The translations under genes were made by a program, and so were the position numbers. A stretch of 63,055 nucleotides of DNA, filler included, from Reticulomyxa filosa (lineage: Eukaryota > Protista > Foraminifera): NCBI GenBank assembly GCA_000512085.1. It is 20 parts of 20 records of this genome, joined end to end, with 100 filler letters (N's around TTAATTAATTAA, not from the genome) between each part and the next. Parts side by side here need not be neighbours in the genome. Positions count along the whole stretch, not along the records: positions 50,273 to 56,251 come from ASPP01009383.1; positions 56,352 to 57,439 come from ASPP01050674.1; positions 57,540 to 60,264 come from ASPP01012807.1; positions 60,365 to 61,364 come from ASPP01044190.1; positions 61,465 to 63,055 come from ASPP01005752.1; 15 more parts are not named here. One strand, 5' to 3'. Below the pieces are notes generated by a model that saw only the letters and a program-made list of their open reading frames with translations, was not told the DNA's origin and did no database searches. Shown here in pieces: positions 52,480-63,055 of this stretch. Positions within the stretch are counted from its first letter, which is position 1. Every line of letters starts with the position of its first letter.

Positions 52480-53160
52480 TTTTTTAAGTTTTTAATTGGA
52501 AAAAAACTTGAAATATTTTGATTGAAACAATTTCTTCTTTTTGTTTCCATTTTTCATTTGTTGTTGGATTTGATATAGATATGCGTCCTAAAATGCTGAG
52601 AAGTTCGGCGCAAAAATTGTTAAATCCTGGTGATAGGATTTTTTTGCATTGGTGTGCAAAGTGTTTGAGTGTTTTCAAAATAATTAAATAATCGTTGTGT
52701 AAATTTAAATTTTTTCGGTTTCGCAATTTCGCTAAATTTGAAAGTGCATTTTATGTCTTCAAAAATTTTGAAAAGGGAGCTAAAAAACTTGGACAAATGG
52801 ATTTTATACTAAGCAATTAGGACAAAACAAACAGAACAACTACTGAATTTTGTGTCAAATTTCGGACTTGAAACGACTGTTTTACACCTATTACGTTTTT
52901 AAAATTTTTTTAAGTTCGAGAATTTTGCCATTTTAGATATTTTTGTGATTTTTTGCGTGCAATTTAGTTCGGCGAAACTACAATATTGCTCTGATCGGTT
53001 CCAAGATTTTATTGCTTCGAAGTTGGAAACTCATTGTTTTGCATTGCTTTCGTTAAACAAAAAGCAACTGGAAATTATTCTTATGTTTATGAAGATAATT
53101 GACGACAGAGATGAAGTGTTTTGAAAGTTTTCTTAATCAGGAATAAAATTTGAAATCTTT
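52480..53160 (-). mobile_element. Possible MULE transposase remnant
   Basis: Minus-strand scraps 'TFKTLHLCRQL...FPVAFCL' and 'LFNYFENT' resemble Mutator DDE-region motifs; many stops. Confidence 0.3.
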
Positions 53161-53378
53161 CAGCAAATTGGCTGGTCAGCTTTAATGCGTCATTCGGTAA
53201 CCTTGGATTACTAAAACTTAATATCTTTATATATTTAATATATTTATATGAAGTATATTTATCTTTTTGATTCGACTAACATCAAAATATTATTATCTAT
53301 TTTTGAAAAATTGATAACAGAAAAACTTGTTTATTTAAATCAAACAAAATCACAGCATTTTTAGTTTTTTGTTTTTGA

Positions 53379-55400
53379 CTATCCCCAAATATGAATGAGC
53401 CCATTTCTTGAACCATAACATAAGCTCAAACTATAGGCATCATTATTTAGATTTTCGTTTTTCTTTTTTAATGACAAAAATTTAAGACTTAATATTCTGC
53501 CATCTTTATCATCTCCTTTGATTACATGCAATTCACTCTTATTTGACCGAATATCCCAAAAACGAACTGTATTATCCAGTGACCCAGAACATATTACATT
53601 TGAACAATCACTAACTTGATTATTATTTACAATAAATGGTAAATATTCAACAGCATAAATTGCATGTGTATCTCCGTTAAATACTTGAATTTGTCTATGA
53701 GATCGAATATCCCACAAGCGAACACTTTTATCCAATGATCCAGATAATATTGTATTTGCTGATTCATTTGATCCATATTTTACACAATACACTGGGTCTT
53801 TATGTCCTTTGAAAATAATCGATTGTTTTGTTGTTTCAATATCCCATATACAAATAGTTTCATCATGTGACCCAGAGCAAATGGTATATCTATTACCACC
53901 AATCGCACAATATTATTTCTTTTATTATTGCTTTGCAACGGTGAAAAATCAATACACCAAACAATATGTTGTGTCCTTCAAAAATATGTATTTGTCTAGA
54001 CGTTTCAATATCCCATAAACGAACAGTATTGTCAGATGATCCAGAGCACAAATATTGTCCACTACTAAATGACGATAATTCAATACCAGAGACACTCTTA
54101 GTGTGTCCACAAAATATTTGCAGTTGCCATCATTATTGATATCTCAAAAACGAATGGTTTTGTCGACTGATGAAGAACAAGTGACATGACGACAATTATT
54201 ATAATAATGATATGGTGAAAATTTCACACAATTCACATAATCTGAATGTCCATTGAATGATTGAATTTGTTTGATAGTTTCTACATCCCATACACGAATT
54301 GTTTTATCAATTGATCCAGAGCAAATGAATTGACCATCATCAAATGTTGCATAATCTATACCGTACACATAATCGGTATGTCCAATGAAAGTCTTGAGTA
54401 AACCAGCTGATTGATGAAACATATCAAAATCAATTATATTTATTGATGACAATAGAATAGAAGATGAATTAGTTACATTATTGTTTGATTCTTTTTGTTT
54501 CTTTTCAATTTGATTATCTATGCTTACAGTTACTTTTTGGTAATCACACGCTGACTGCGGATCTTTTTCTTTTAATTTAACAGATGTCTCACATTGAGTC
54601 AATTGTTTGCTATTGAAATTTTTTTTGATAATCTCAATATCTGACTGATATTTAAGAGCTTCTTGTCGAAGATTTTCCATTTTACATTGTACATCTTTTT
54701 TTAATCGTTCGATTTCAAATTTCAATTGATTTGAGGTATCCTTTTATATTTATGAACGTAATACTAAATAAGAAAAAAAGAAAAGAAACTAAACTTGATG
54801 AAATTGGACTGCTTGCTTCATATATTGGAATAAGCTAATAACCAAATCAAAATGAAATCGCATAGTTGAAATCAAATGATCATCTAAATTCTGTTTGTAA
54901 CACGTGTGATTACATCCAAAAGGTTTGAACCAACAGCCAACCAAAGCAAATGAACATTCAATATTCAAGTGATTATGTAAATTTTTTAATTTTCCTTTAA
55001 AATTACATCTAATTGTTTCAATCATTTCAGATTGCTTCGATATTTTTAAATCTTGTTGAAATTGTCTCGAACATATAACTTGCAGATCATCAATGAATAT
55101 TTGTGATAATTTGGTTTTGGAATATCGACAATTGTTGTGTAATTGGATTGGACATGCTCCATTATTTTTTCTAAAAAATTCTTTCAGACAATCTTCTCCT
55201 ACAATTAATACATCGCCCACATTTTCATGCTGTGGGCAATTCAATTCCATTGGATTGTTTGCAATTTGTTAACAAAGTTGTTGATGTCTTCAGATTTATT
55301 TGTCTGCAAAATCCAGTTTTTGTTGTAACAGGAGTGAGTCATCGAAAGTGAAATCTCTTGTTTCTTTTTCTTCGAATGTTTTTTCGGCGTTCTTTTTCCA
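53379..55400 (-). pseudogene. RING-like/TRAF zinc finger-coiled coil-WD40 gene, disrupted
   Basis: 'ELNCPQHE...CL...CPIQLH', 'VICSRQF...CNFKGKL..L..HL...C...CWFKPFGCNH', a coiled coil and about seven WD40 repeats. Lesions: a TGG->TGA stop at 54144-54146, a frameshift at ~54128 and a deletion near 55270. Confidence 0.85.
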
Positions 55401-55800
55401 AATGATGTCAAAGGGAACATGGAAATTGAACTTAATTTTTTTAAAAAAAACGGAAACCTCATACATACTCTTTATTTCATTTGTATCCAAAAGACATTAT
55501 AGCACTGGAGAAAGTCTAAAAATAACAGCTTTTAAAAAATATTAAATAGGTTTTTGAATGTAGGTAGCACTGTTGTTTAAATGATATCAGTCATATAAGA
55601 TGATAAAATTACATAATCAAGACCGGATTAAAATACAAAAACAAATGTTTCTTTGGAACAGGGAATGGGTTTATCCGAATATTAAGAAAGGGAAAAAAAC
55701 TTTACAAGAGAAAAAACGGGGAAATATAAACGAGTTCACTTCATCTAAGGAAAAGCCAAAACGCTCAGTTGTACAAGAATTAATGACGAATTTGATCTTA

Positions 55801-56251
55801 TTATTTTGAGGTGTGCTTTTGTTTTTGAGTTTTTTGATCTCGCTTATGTTCTTTTTTTTTATCTTTTTTTTTGGGGGGGCTCTTGGATGACTTTTTTGTA
55901 ACTCTGTGCCTTGCCCTTTTTCCTTCACGCTTGCGTTTATTTTTCCTTGAAGAAGAAGAAGAAGAAGAAGAAGAGGAAGAGCCGGAGTCAGTTTCGGAAC
56001 AGGACCTAGAGTTAGAGTCAGTACAAGAGTCAGAGGCAGAAGTAGACGAGCAAGTGCAAGAGTCGGATGAATCATTATCGCTCTGTTTTGCATGTCTTTT
56101 CCTCTTTTTTGAGCGAGATTGTGATGATCTTTTGGATTTCTTTTCTTTTTTTGTTTCTCTTTTGTGTCTTTACTTTTTTTTCTTTTTAATTTTCTTTTTT
56201 TTTTCTTTATTTTTTCATCATTGTCATTACCATTGTCTTCTTCTTCTTCTT
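55801..56251 (-). CDS. Lys/Ser/Arg-rich low-complexity C-terminus of an unknown protein
   Basis: The minus-strand frame reads 'KKSKRSSQSRSKKRKRHAKQSDNDSSDS...SSSSSSRKNKRKREGKRARHR...KHTSK*'. It is absent from the ORF track because it has no start codon. Confidence 0.55.
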
Positions 56252-56409
56252 NNNNNNNNNNNNNNNNNNNNNNNNNNNNNNNNNNNNNNNNNNNNTTAAT
56301 TAATTAANNNNNNNNNNNNNNNNNNNNNNNNNNNNNNNNNNNNNNNNNNNNAAAAGATTGATCAGTTTATTTACTTAAACAAACAAAATATAAATATTAC
56401 AATAAACAC

Positions 56410-56690
56410 ACACTTTTAAGTCCTTGCCAAGACAAGCTTGCCTTGCTTGATGAAATATATAACAACATATAGTCCAAGGTTTCCAAGTCGTCTCTGCGGG
56501 CTTGTTCGTGTCCTAAAGTGCGTGCCGTGCCGGTGAGTGATTGCCCCTTTCACGAACGGGGATATGTTTGCCCGTCCCAAAATCAATCACATAAAACCTT
56601 TTTTAATTATTTGAATATGCATACATATACATATAATTACAAACAATATTTTTTTAGCCAACTTTTATCACAACCACAAGTTGCAGGTGT
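56410..56690 (-). pseudogene. Casein kinase 1 remnant
   Basis: 'LAKKY', 'GKHIPVRE' and '[28 protein letters not shown]...SLSWQGLK' match CK1 '[36 protein letters not shown]...LPWQGLK', with deletions and frameshifts. Confidence 0.8.
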
Positions 56691-57539
56691 ATATATATAT
56701 ATATATACATTTCTCCCCCTTTTTTTTTCTTTTGCCTGTAACACTGATAATGTTTTAAGTATACGTGTTTTTTTGTTTTTTTTTAAAAAAGGGGCAAATG
56801 AACGCCTTTGAGGTTTTCCACTGTCAACAAACACGCCATGACGATATCAAAAGTACTTACCGGCGCATTTTTTTTTTTCAAAATCTGTTGTCATTGTCAT
56901 CGGCCCTTTCGACAGTTCCAAAATACCTCTCGCTTAGATTATGTCGCGGTCTTGACGCATACTCAATCATCGATGTAACGTATCCGTCACTGCTCGGATT
57001 CTCTCCATTGTTGGGGGTTCTATGTGAGAGAGTCCTTTTTTTTTTTTTTGATAAGAGATCAGAGTCTTTAATTAATAAATAAATTATATTTGCTAATCCG
57101 ATCCTCCCCCTCCCCACTCATGCAAGTTAAAGATTTACATGTTTTGATAATGAATCATCGAACTGATTGTGTTGTACACCTACCTGTGGTTTTACCATCT
57201 ATTTTCTTATGTTTGGTATCAAACATTTCTCCCATTGATGATAATGCCGAAAAAGAGGAACTTCTTTCTTTTTCGGCAACTGTCTTAGTCTTGCAGAGGA
57301 GTGCATTGGAGAAGGAATCCTCGAAAGCGAGATTCAGGTTGTATAGCTTTGGCTTGTTAGGCTGTTTGAAGATAGAAGAATCAAACCACATTATATAATG
57401 TTCAAGAGAACTTTTTCTAAAAAGGGAAAACTTTTTCTCNNNNNNNNNNNNNNNNNNNNNNNNNNNNNNNNNNNNNNNNNNNNTTAATTAATTAANNNNN
57501 NNNNNNNNNNNNNNNNNNNNNNNNNNNNNNNNNNNNNNN

Positions 57540-58467
57540 AAAAAAAAAAAAAAAAGGAACTGAGAGGATATACTTTGGGCCGAATATATCACCACTATGT
57601 TTCGTGTGGATTACCAACACTAATAATAATAAAATAACACAAAGCTGCCACTTGGAATGATAATGAAACTGAGACGCAACATGACAGGACTCAACATAGT
57701 GTGTCCGAGACGCAGACACGCGAGTCTATCGACAACGAATTTATAAAAGCGCTCGTATCCGTACAAAGCGCCCCTTTACCTGCTTGGCTCACTGAAATTT
57801 ATGATAATCTCAAATTCCCCTGCCACTACTGTCTAGAGCTTTATTTCATCGACAATGATACTCGTCCTATGCTACAGCCAGGAGAAAGCATTGATATTAC
57901 TTACAAAAATAGCCAAGACATTTTCATCACTTCCAATGTATCACTATATATATATATATGTTTTTGTTTTGTTTTTTCATTGTAATGCGATTGCAAAAAA
58001 AAAAAAATATATGAAGAGCACTCGGAGAGTCTATAATGAGCATCCAACTTTAATTGCTGCCAAATATGGAGAAAACTTTGGCCAGTTATTCAAAAAAAAT
58101 ACTGCCAAGGGGTCATGTTGGTTGGAAGCTGAATTTAGTAAATATGGTCGGTTTTGTTTTTTGCCATTGTTTGAAAGGGCTTTTTTTTGATATTTTAATT
58201 GTAATAGCTATACTACGTATATCATATACATATATACATTTACGTGCATGCATGTTTGTGTATGTACACATCACAATAGATCCACGATGCGACTTTTTTC
58301 ATCCGAAACGAATCAAATATTTTGTCAAAATTGGTGGGTACTGGAGTCGAGACAAGTCTCGTCATTGGATGACTGTTTGTGATGAAAACAATCAAATCAC
58401 CGCAGGTAGGCTCCCTATGCTTGTTTTGAATGCTGTGGTTTCACACAAACTAAAATATCCTTTTTAA
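57540..58467 (+). CDS. Hypothetical protein, 3' exons
   Basis: Three coding-like segments separated by (TA)n-containing GT-AG introns and ending 'HKLKYPF*'; no motif was recognised. Confidence 0.5.
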
Positions 58468-59005
58468 TGTCCACTTTTCCATCGTTTCTTGTTTCATTCC
58501 TTGAGCCTCACTTTTTTTGTGCTTCGGTTTTTGTTTTGTTTTTGTTTTCATTTCTGTTTTACTTTTTTTTTTTTTGGTTTCTTCTCCCTTCGCCACATTG
58601 CGCCACACATTTGTGTTCATCCAAATGACTTTATCTTGTTTTGTGTCATCCCTTTTTTTTTTGCATGTGGATCATTTGAGATTTTTCAAATTTGTTTGTA
58701 AAATGGACTATCCTTCTTTTTGGATCTCCTTCTATTTTAAAAGTCAAAATTTTCTCTACTTCCTACTCACTTGGTGAGCCCACAAGCATTTGCCCTTACA
58801 TTTGTAATCGAATGTTTTGTATTATACATAGTATTGGAATAATTTTCCAATTAAAGTAGTATACTTAGAAACTATGTAGTAATTATTTAGAGCAAAAGCA
58901 ACTACACTAAGGCCATCCAAGGCAAACAATGCACAAAAACACTAACATATTTACAGTTTTGTTCATTGAATTTGTAAGTTAATTTTATTTAGTTGATATA
59001 TTGTA

Positions 59006-59250
59006 CAGTAGAATGCAAAGTAAAGTTGTGTAGAATGCTAATTTTTTTTAAATATCTATGCAATGAGCTCTTTCTGAAAATACTTTAAAAAAAGTTGGCA
59101 AATTTCATGATTACGACAAATGTACGATTGCCAACTTTCTAGAAAATTTTCGAAAACCAATAAAATTCAAATTTTTTAAACAATTAGTAAAGATTTAATA
59201 AAAAATCAAAATGATATTTAAAAACTGCACTATTCGTATATATCTTTTTA
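59006..59250. mobile_element. MITE-like repeat copy containing both arm orientations
   Basis: It starts TA|CAGTAGAATGCAAAG, and 59090-59250 is the reverse complement of ~15805-15968. Confidence 0.75.
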
Positions 59251-59586
59251 TTCAATTTTAATTAACATCCACCTACAAAATGCAAGATACTTCAAAGTTG
59301 CTTTTAAAAAATAAAAGTCTTATTTTGTTAACCCACTACGCAGGGTCAGCCGTTACAAAAAAAAAAGCTTGGATAATTCAAGTGTGTTTCCAGACATTAT
59401 AAGTCGTTTGAATAACTTCTTTTATTATTTTATTGTATTTCTACTAGTATAAAATTAACTTGTCAAGGATTATTCAGTCCTATCTTTTGTGAGCCTTTCA
59501 TGTGTTGTATTTCTGTTTTTCATTTCGACCAAAAATCGAGAAAAAAAACTTGATTTCCCCTTTAATTGTTCATATTTTATGAAGAA

Positions 59587-60264
59587 ATGAGCATTCCCCA
59601 AATATTAGGACTTGAAGAAAAAACATCTTCTAAAGTTCCGCGTAAGCGGAAATACCCAGATTCTGGAACGTCACGCGCAGCACCGTCTCCAAAGCGAAGA
59701 AAGGTGATAGTGGTCCCGGCAGGTAAAAAAGACTTGGCATGGAAAGACGTTGGGGTTTGCAAAGAGCTATGTATTTCTTGTAACAAATTGAAATGGAAAT
59801 CCCCAACACCAATTCAAGTGCAAGGCATTCCTGCAGCCTTGAACGGTTATAAATTATTTTTTTTTCGCTTCATTCCTCTCCCCCCTTCCCTCTGAGGAGT
59901 ATTGTAGAGAAAAGCCCTATTGTTATTATTATTTTTTGTATAATGTAAAGTGTGACCGAGCAAAATGAAAACAAACTGTAAACGACAGGAAAAGACGTGA
60001 TTGGGTTAGCAGAAACGGGCTCAGGTAAAACGGCAGCATTTGTGATACCAATATTGCAAGACTTGCTGGACCACCCACGGCCGTATCATTCACTGATTTT
60101 AGCGCCAACGCGTGAGTTGGCATTGCAAATCCAAGAGTGCTGTGATGACTTGGGAAAAGATATTGGTCTTAAAAGTGTTGCTATCATTGGTGGAGTCGGT
60201 GCGTTACAAAAAAAAGCTTTCCCCTTTTTTTTTTTTTATTTTTAGTTAGTATTACTTTTAAAAC
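59587..60264 (+). CDS. DEAD-box RNA helicase, RRP3/DDX47 type (5' part)
   Basis: Q motif '[20 protein letters not shown]', motif I '[17 protein letters not shown]', motif Ia '[11 protein letters not shown]' and 'IIGG'. Confidence 0.9.
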
Positions 60265-60364
60265 NNNNNNNNNNNNNNNNNNNNNNNNNNNNNNNNNNNN
60301 NNNNNNNNTTAATTAATTAANNNNNNNNNNNNNNNNNNNNNNNNNNNNNNNNNNNNNNNNNNNN

Positions 60365-60400
<36 letters not shown>

Positions 60401-61364
60401 AAGAAAAAGTAAGGAGATACTACCGCATGGCTATCATGAAATTGAGGATCATTTCTGCCCACATCTTCTTCTTTGGTGATACAAATTTGCAGTTTTGAAA
60501 ACGAAAAATTCAGGAAATATTGGAAAAATCCCAACAGCAATTCGCTCACCGTCCATTTGCAAGCACTCGGATCGACTTTGTGTTTCATCAATAATTGTCC
60601 GCTATTGGCATCGATTTTCATTATCGGTAGCAATGGAGTGTCGAGCTGGTTTCCACAAATGGTATCAATACCACCCATTATGGGACAAGGTAGAGAAAAG
60701 GGGGGGTCCAAAATATTGGATTCAATATATGTTATATATGTATACGTATATGCATACATATATTTGAATTGTTATCTTAATTATAATTAAAAAAGATTTC
60801 ATCAAAATTAAAAGAAAAAAAAAAAAAAATAACGAAACTCTTTGCAAATAATAAATGCCCATAACAATCCATGCCAATGCATTTAAATGTACACACGGAC
60901 GGCCCAAAATCTTTCTTCTTCGTGCCCAATACTTGATAGCCATTAAGAAGGGCCTGACCCTTTGACCGAAGGTGTCATAGTTGACATAGCTGTGTATCAA
61001 CTGGGTCAACCCATTAGTCATACTTTCATTCGCGACGCAAACGGTGACATTCATGTTCAGACATGGGAAGTACACTTTCAATTGTGGAGCCAACACAATC
61101 AAGTCTGTCTTCGATTGCACTTTCTTGGGATCTGCCAAGCGCACATCCACCAACACACAACGTTTGAGCCATCGCTGTCGCGCTTTAAATCGCAACTTCT
61201 GGTCGTTCGTGCTGGACAGCATCTGCATGCACGTCAATTCGGTGTTTTCAATTCGCTTGCTCAGTTTGCGAATGAACAAGTTTTGCTTGGCAATATCCGT
61301 TGGGTCCACGTTCAGCAAAACCCCAATATTCACATCCGCATTCGGCAATAATCTCGCTTTGTTA
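60365..61364 (-). CDS. Cid1/Trf4-like terminal nucleotidyltransferase fold protein with a degenerate active site (partial)
   Basis: 'RVRPFLMAIKYWARRRKI...LNALAWIVMGIYYLQ' and the PAP-associated segment 'TVSELLLGFFQYFLNFSF'. The catalytic positions read 'ADVNI' and 'NVTVCVAN'. Confidence 0.8.
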
Positions 61365-61464
61365 NNNNNNNNNNNNNNNNNNNNNNNNNNNNNNNNNNNN
61401 NNNNNNNNTTAATTAATTAANNNNNNNNNNNNNNNNNNNNNNNNNNNNNNNNNNNNNNNNNNNN

Positions 61465-62955
61465 GAGAAGCGGGTCAGCTGTTTGTAGTAGGCCGCCACC
61501 TCGCCGCCCTTCGGGCTGCCGACAAACTTGGCACCGGTCAGACCCATCCACAGCGAGCGGAACACGTTACTGATCACGAAGTTTGATATGGCCGGTAATG
61601 GCTTTATCGAACTCGGCGCCGTCATTGGCCATGGCCGCCTTCATTTCGCGCAGCACGAACGGATGGCAGCGGATCGCACCCTGACCGTAGATGATCATCG
61701 AGCGGGTCAGGATGTTGGCACCCTCTACGGTAATCGCGATCGGAATGGCCTGGTAAGCACGTGCCAAGTAGTTGCGCGGGCCAAGCACTACGGCCTTGCC
61801 GCCATGCACGTCCATCGCATCATTCAGTGCCTTACGCATGCGTTCGGTGTTGTGGTACTTCAGTACGGCAGACAGTACCGACGGTTTCTCGCCGATATCC
61901 AGCGCGGTCAGTGCCAGATCCTGCGCAGCTTCCATCTGGTAAGTGAAGCCACCGATACGCGCCATGGCTTCGTCACCCTTCGAACTTGCCAATGGACAGC
62001 CAAACTGGTCACGGATGCGAGCGTAAGCGCCGGTGGTGTAGGACGCCACCTTGCCGGAAGCAACCGACATGGCCGGCAGCGAGATGCAGCGGCCAACCGA
62101 CAAGCACTCTACCAGCATGCGCCAACCCTGACCGGCGTACTCGCGGCCACCGATGATCCACTCCAGCGGAATGAACACGTCCTTACCCCAGGTCGGGCCG
62201 TTCATGAACGCAGCGCCACCCGGGAAGTGACGGCGACCAATGCACACACCTTCGTGCTCGGTCGGCACCAGCGCGCAGGTAATGCCGATATCTTCCTTGT
62301 CACCCAGCAGGTGATCCGGGTCGTACATCTTGAACGCCAGGCCCAGCACGGTGGCCACGGGCGCCAGCGTAATCCAGCGCTTTTCCCAGCTCACGCGGAT
62401 ACCCAGCACGTTCTCGTGATGCTGGCCGCTGCGCGGGTCGGTGTAGCTGCCACGGCAAACGCGCCGAAATCCGGAATGGCGCCTGCGTCAGAGCCGGCGT
62501 ACGGGCTGGTCAGCGCAAAGCACGGCACGTCCACACCCTTGGCCAGACGCGGCAGGTAGTAGTCTTTCTGCGCCTCGGTACCGTAGTGCTGCAGCAGCTC
62601 GCCCGGGCCGAGCGAGTTCGGCACCATCACCGACACAGCCGCCGTACCACCGCGGGTAGCGATCTTGGTCACCACCTTGGCGTGCGCGTAGTTGGAGAAT
62701 TCCAGACCGCCATACTTTTTCTTGACGATCATGCCCAGGAAGCCCTGGTCCTTGATGAACTGCCATACTTCCGGCGGCAGATCCTTCAGCTCGTGCGTGA
62801 TCTTCCAGTCGTCGATCATCTTGCACAGCGCTTCGGTCGGGCCATCCAGGAAAGCCTGCTCTTCGGCAGTCAGTTTCGGGTCCGGGAAGGACAGCAGACG
62901 GTTCCAGTCCGGCTTGCCGGAGAACAGGTCACGGTCCCACCATACGGTGCCGCAT
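61465..62955 (-). CDS. fadE: Bacterial acyl-CoA dehydrogenase FadE (partial, several single-base indels)
   Basis: GC-rich and intronless. Motifs '[16 protein letters not shown]', '[13 protein letters not shown]', '[15 protein letters not shown]', '[13 protein letters not shown]' and '[14 protein letters not shown]'. Confidence 0.93.
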
Positions 62956-63055
62956 CGCCACCAGGCTGATGTGCAAACCGGATACGCTGACAATATGGGT
63001 AAGCCCGGTGGCGGCCAGCGCGCCCCACTCGGCACGACCCAGCCACTGCTGCGCC
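62952..63055 (-). CDS. comEC: Bacterial ComEC/Rec2 competence protein fragment
   Basis: The minus-strand frame reads '[25 protein letters not shown]', the ComEC TGxxHxxxxSGLH signature. Confidence 0.8.

Noticed and set aside
54144-54146. TGA at a conserved WD40 Trp, suggesting UGA=Trp recoding
   Set aside because: A frameshift follows within 20 nt, Trp is TGG elsewhere, and TGA ends other genes (e.g. 25903, 48956). It is a nonsense mutation.
55871-56251. Plus-strand ORF with poly-Glu
   Set aside because: It is the antisense reading of a Lys/Ser-rich minus-strand coding region.
61528-62559. 343-aa plus-strand ORF in the GC-rich contig
   Set aside because: It is an antisense shadow of fadE, typical of high-GC coding DNA.

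Overview
This window is not one locus. It is 20 short contigs joined by 19 artificial 100-nt spacers (N44-TTAATTAATTAA-N44), so gene neighbourhood across spacers means nothing. Nineteen contigs are very AT-rich, intron-containing eukaryotic DNA. Their gene families (TRAF-Zn/WD40, kelch, HSPA12-like, PUB-like) and (TA)n/poly-A/poly-T introns suggest a rhizarian protist such as the foraminiferan Reticulomyxa; this is inference, not a database result. Recognisable genes: cytoplasmic dynein intermediate chain, adenylate kinase, an RRP3/DDX47-type DEAD-box helicase, an HSPA12-like Hsp70, a SAM protein, an FN3-SPRY protein, a kelch protein, several WD40 genes and pseudogenes, and a CK1 remnant. Mobile elements: non-LTR retrotransposon fragments, a deleted Tc1 element and a MITE family. 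The last contig is GC-rich bacterial DNA (fadE fused to a comEC fragment) and is probably a contaminant chimera. Most notable: (1) three divergent membrane-RGS genes on three unrelated contigs (two complete 7TM-RGS, one partial) plus a GPCR-like fragment, suggesting a large receptor-GAP family; (2) a decayed Tae2/Dae2 (BPSL0067-family) peptidoglycan amidase gene in host-like DNA between ~140-bp inverted repeats; (3) an intact TUTase/Cid1-like ORF lacking two catalytic aspartates; (4) introns whose 3' splice sites follow poly-A rather than polypyrimidine tracts.
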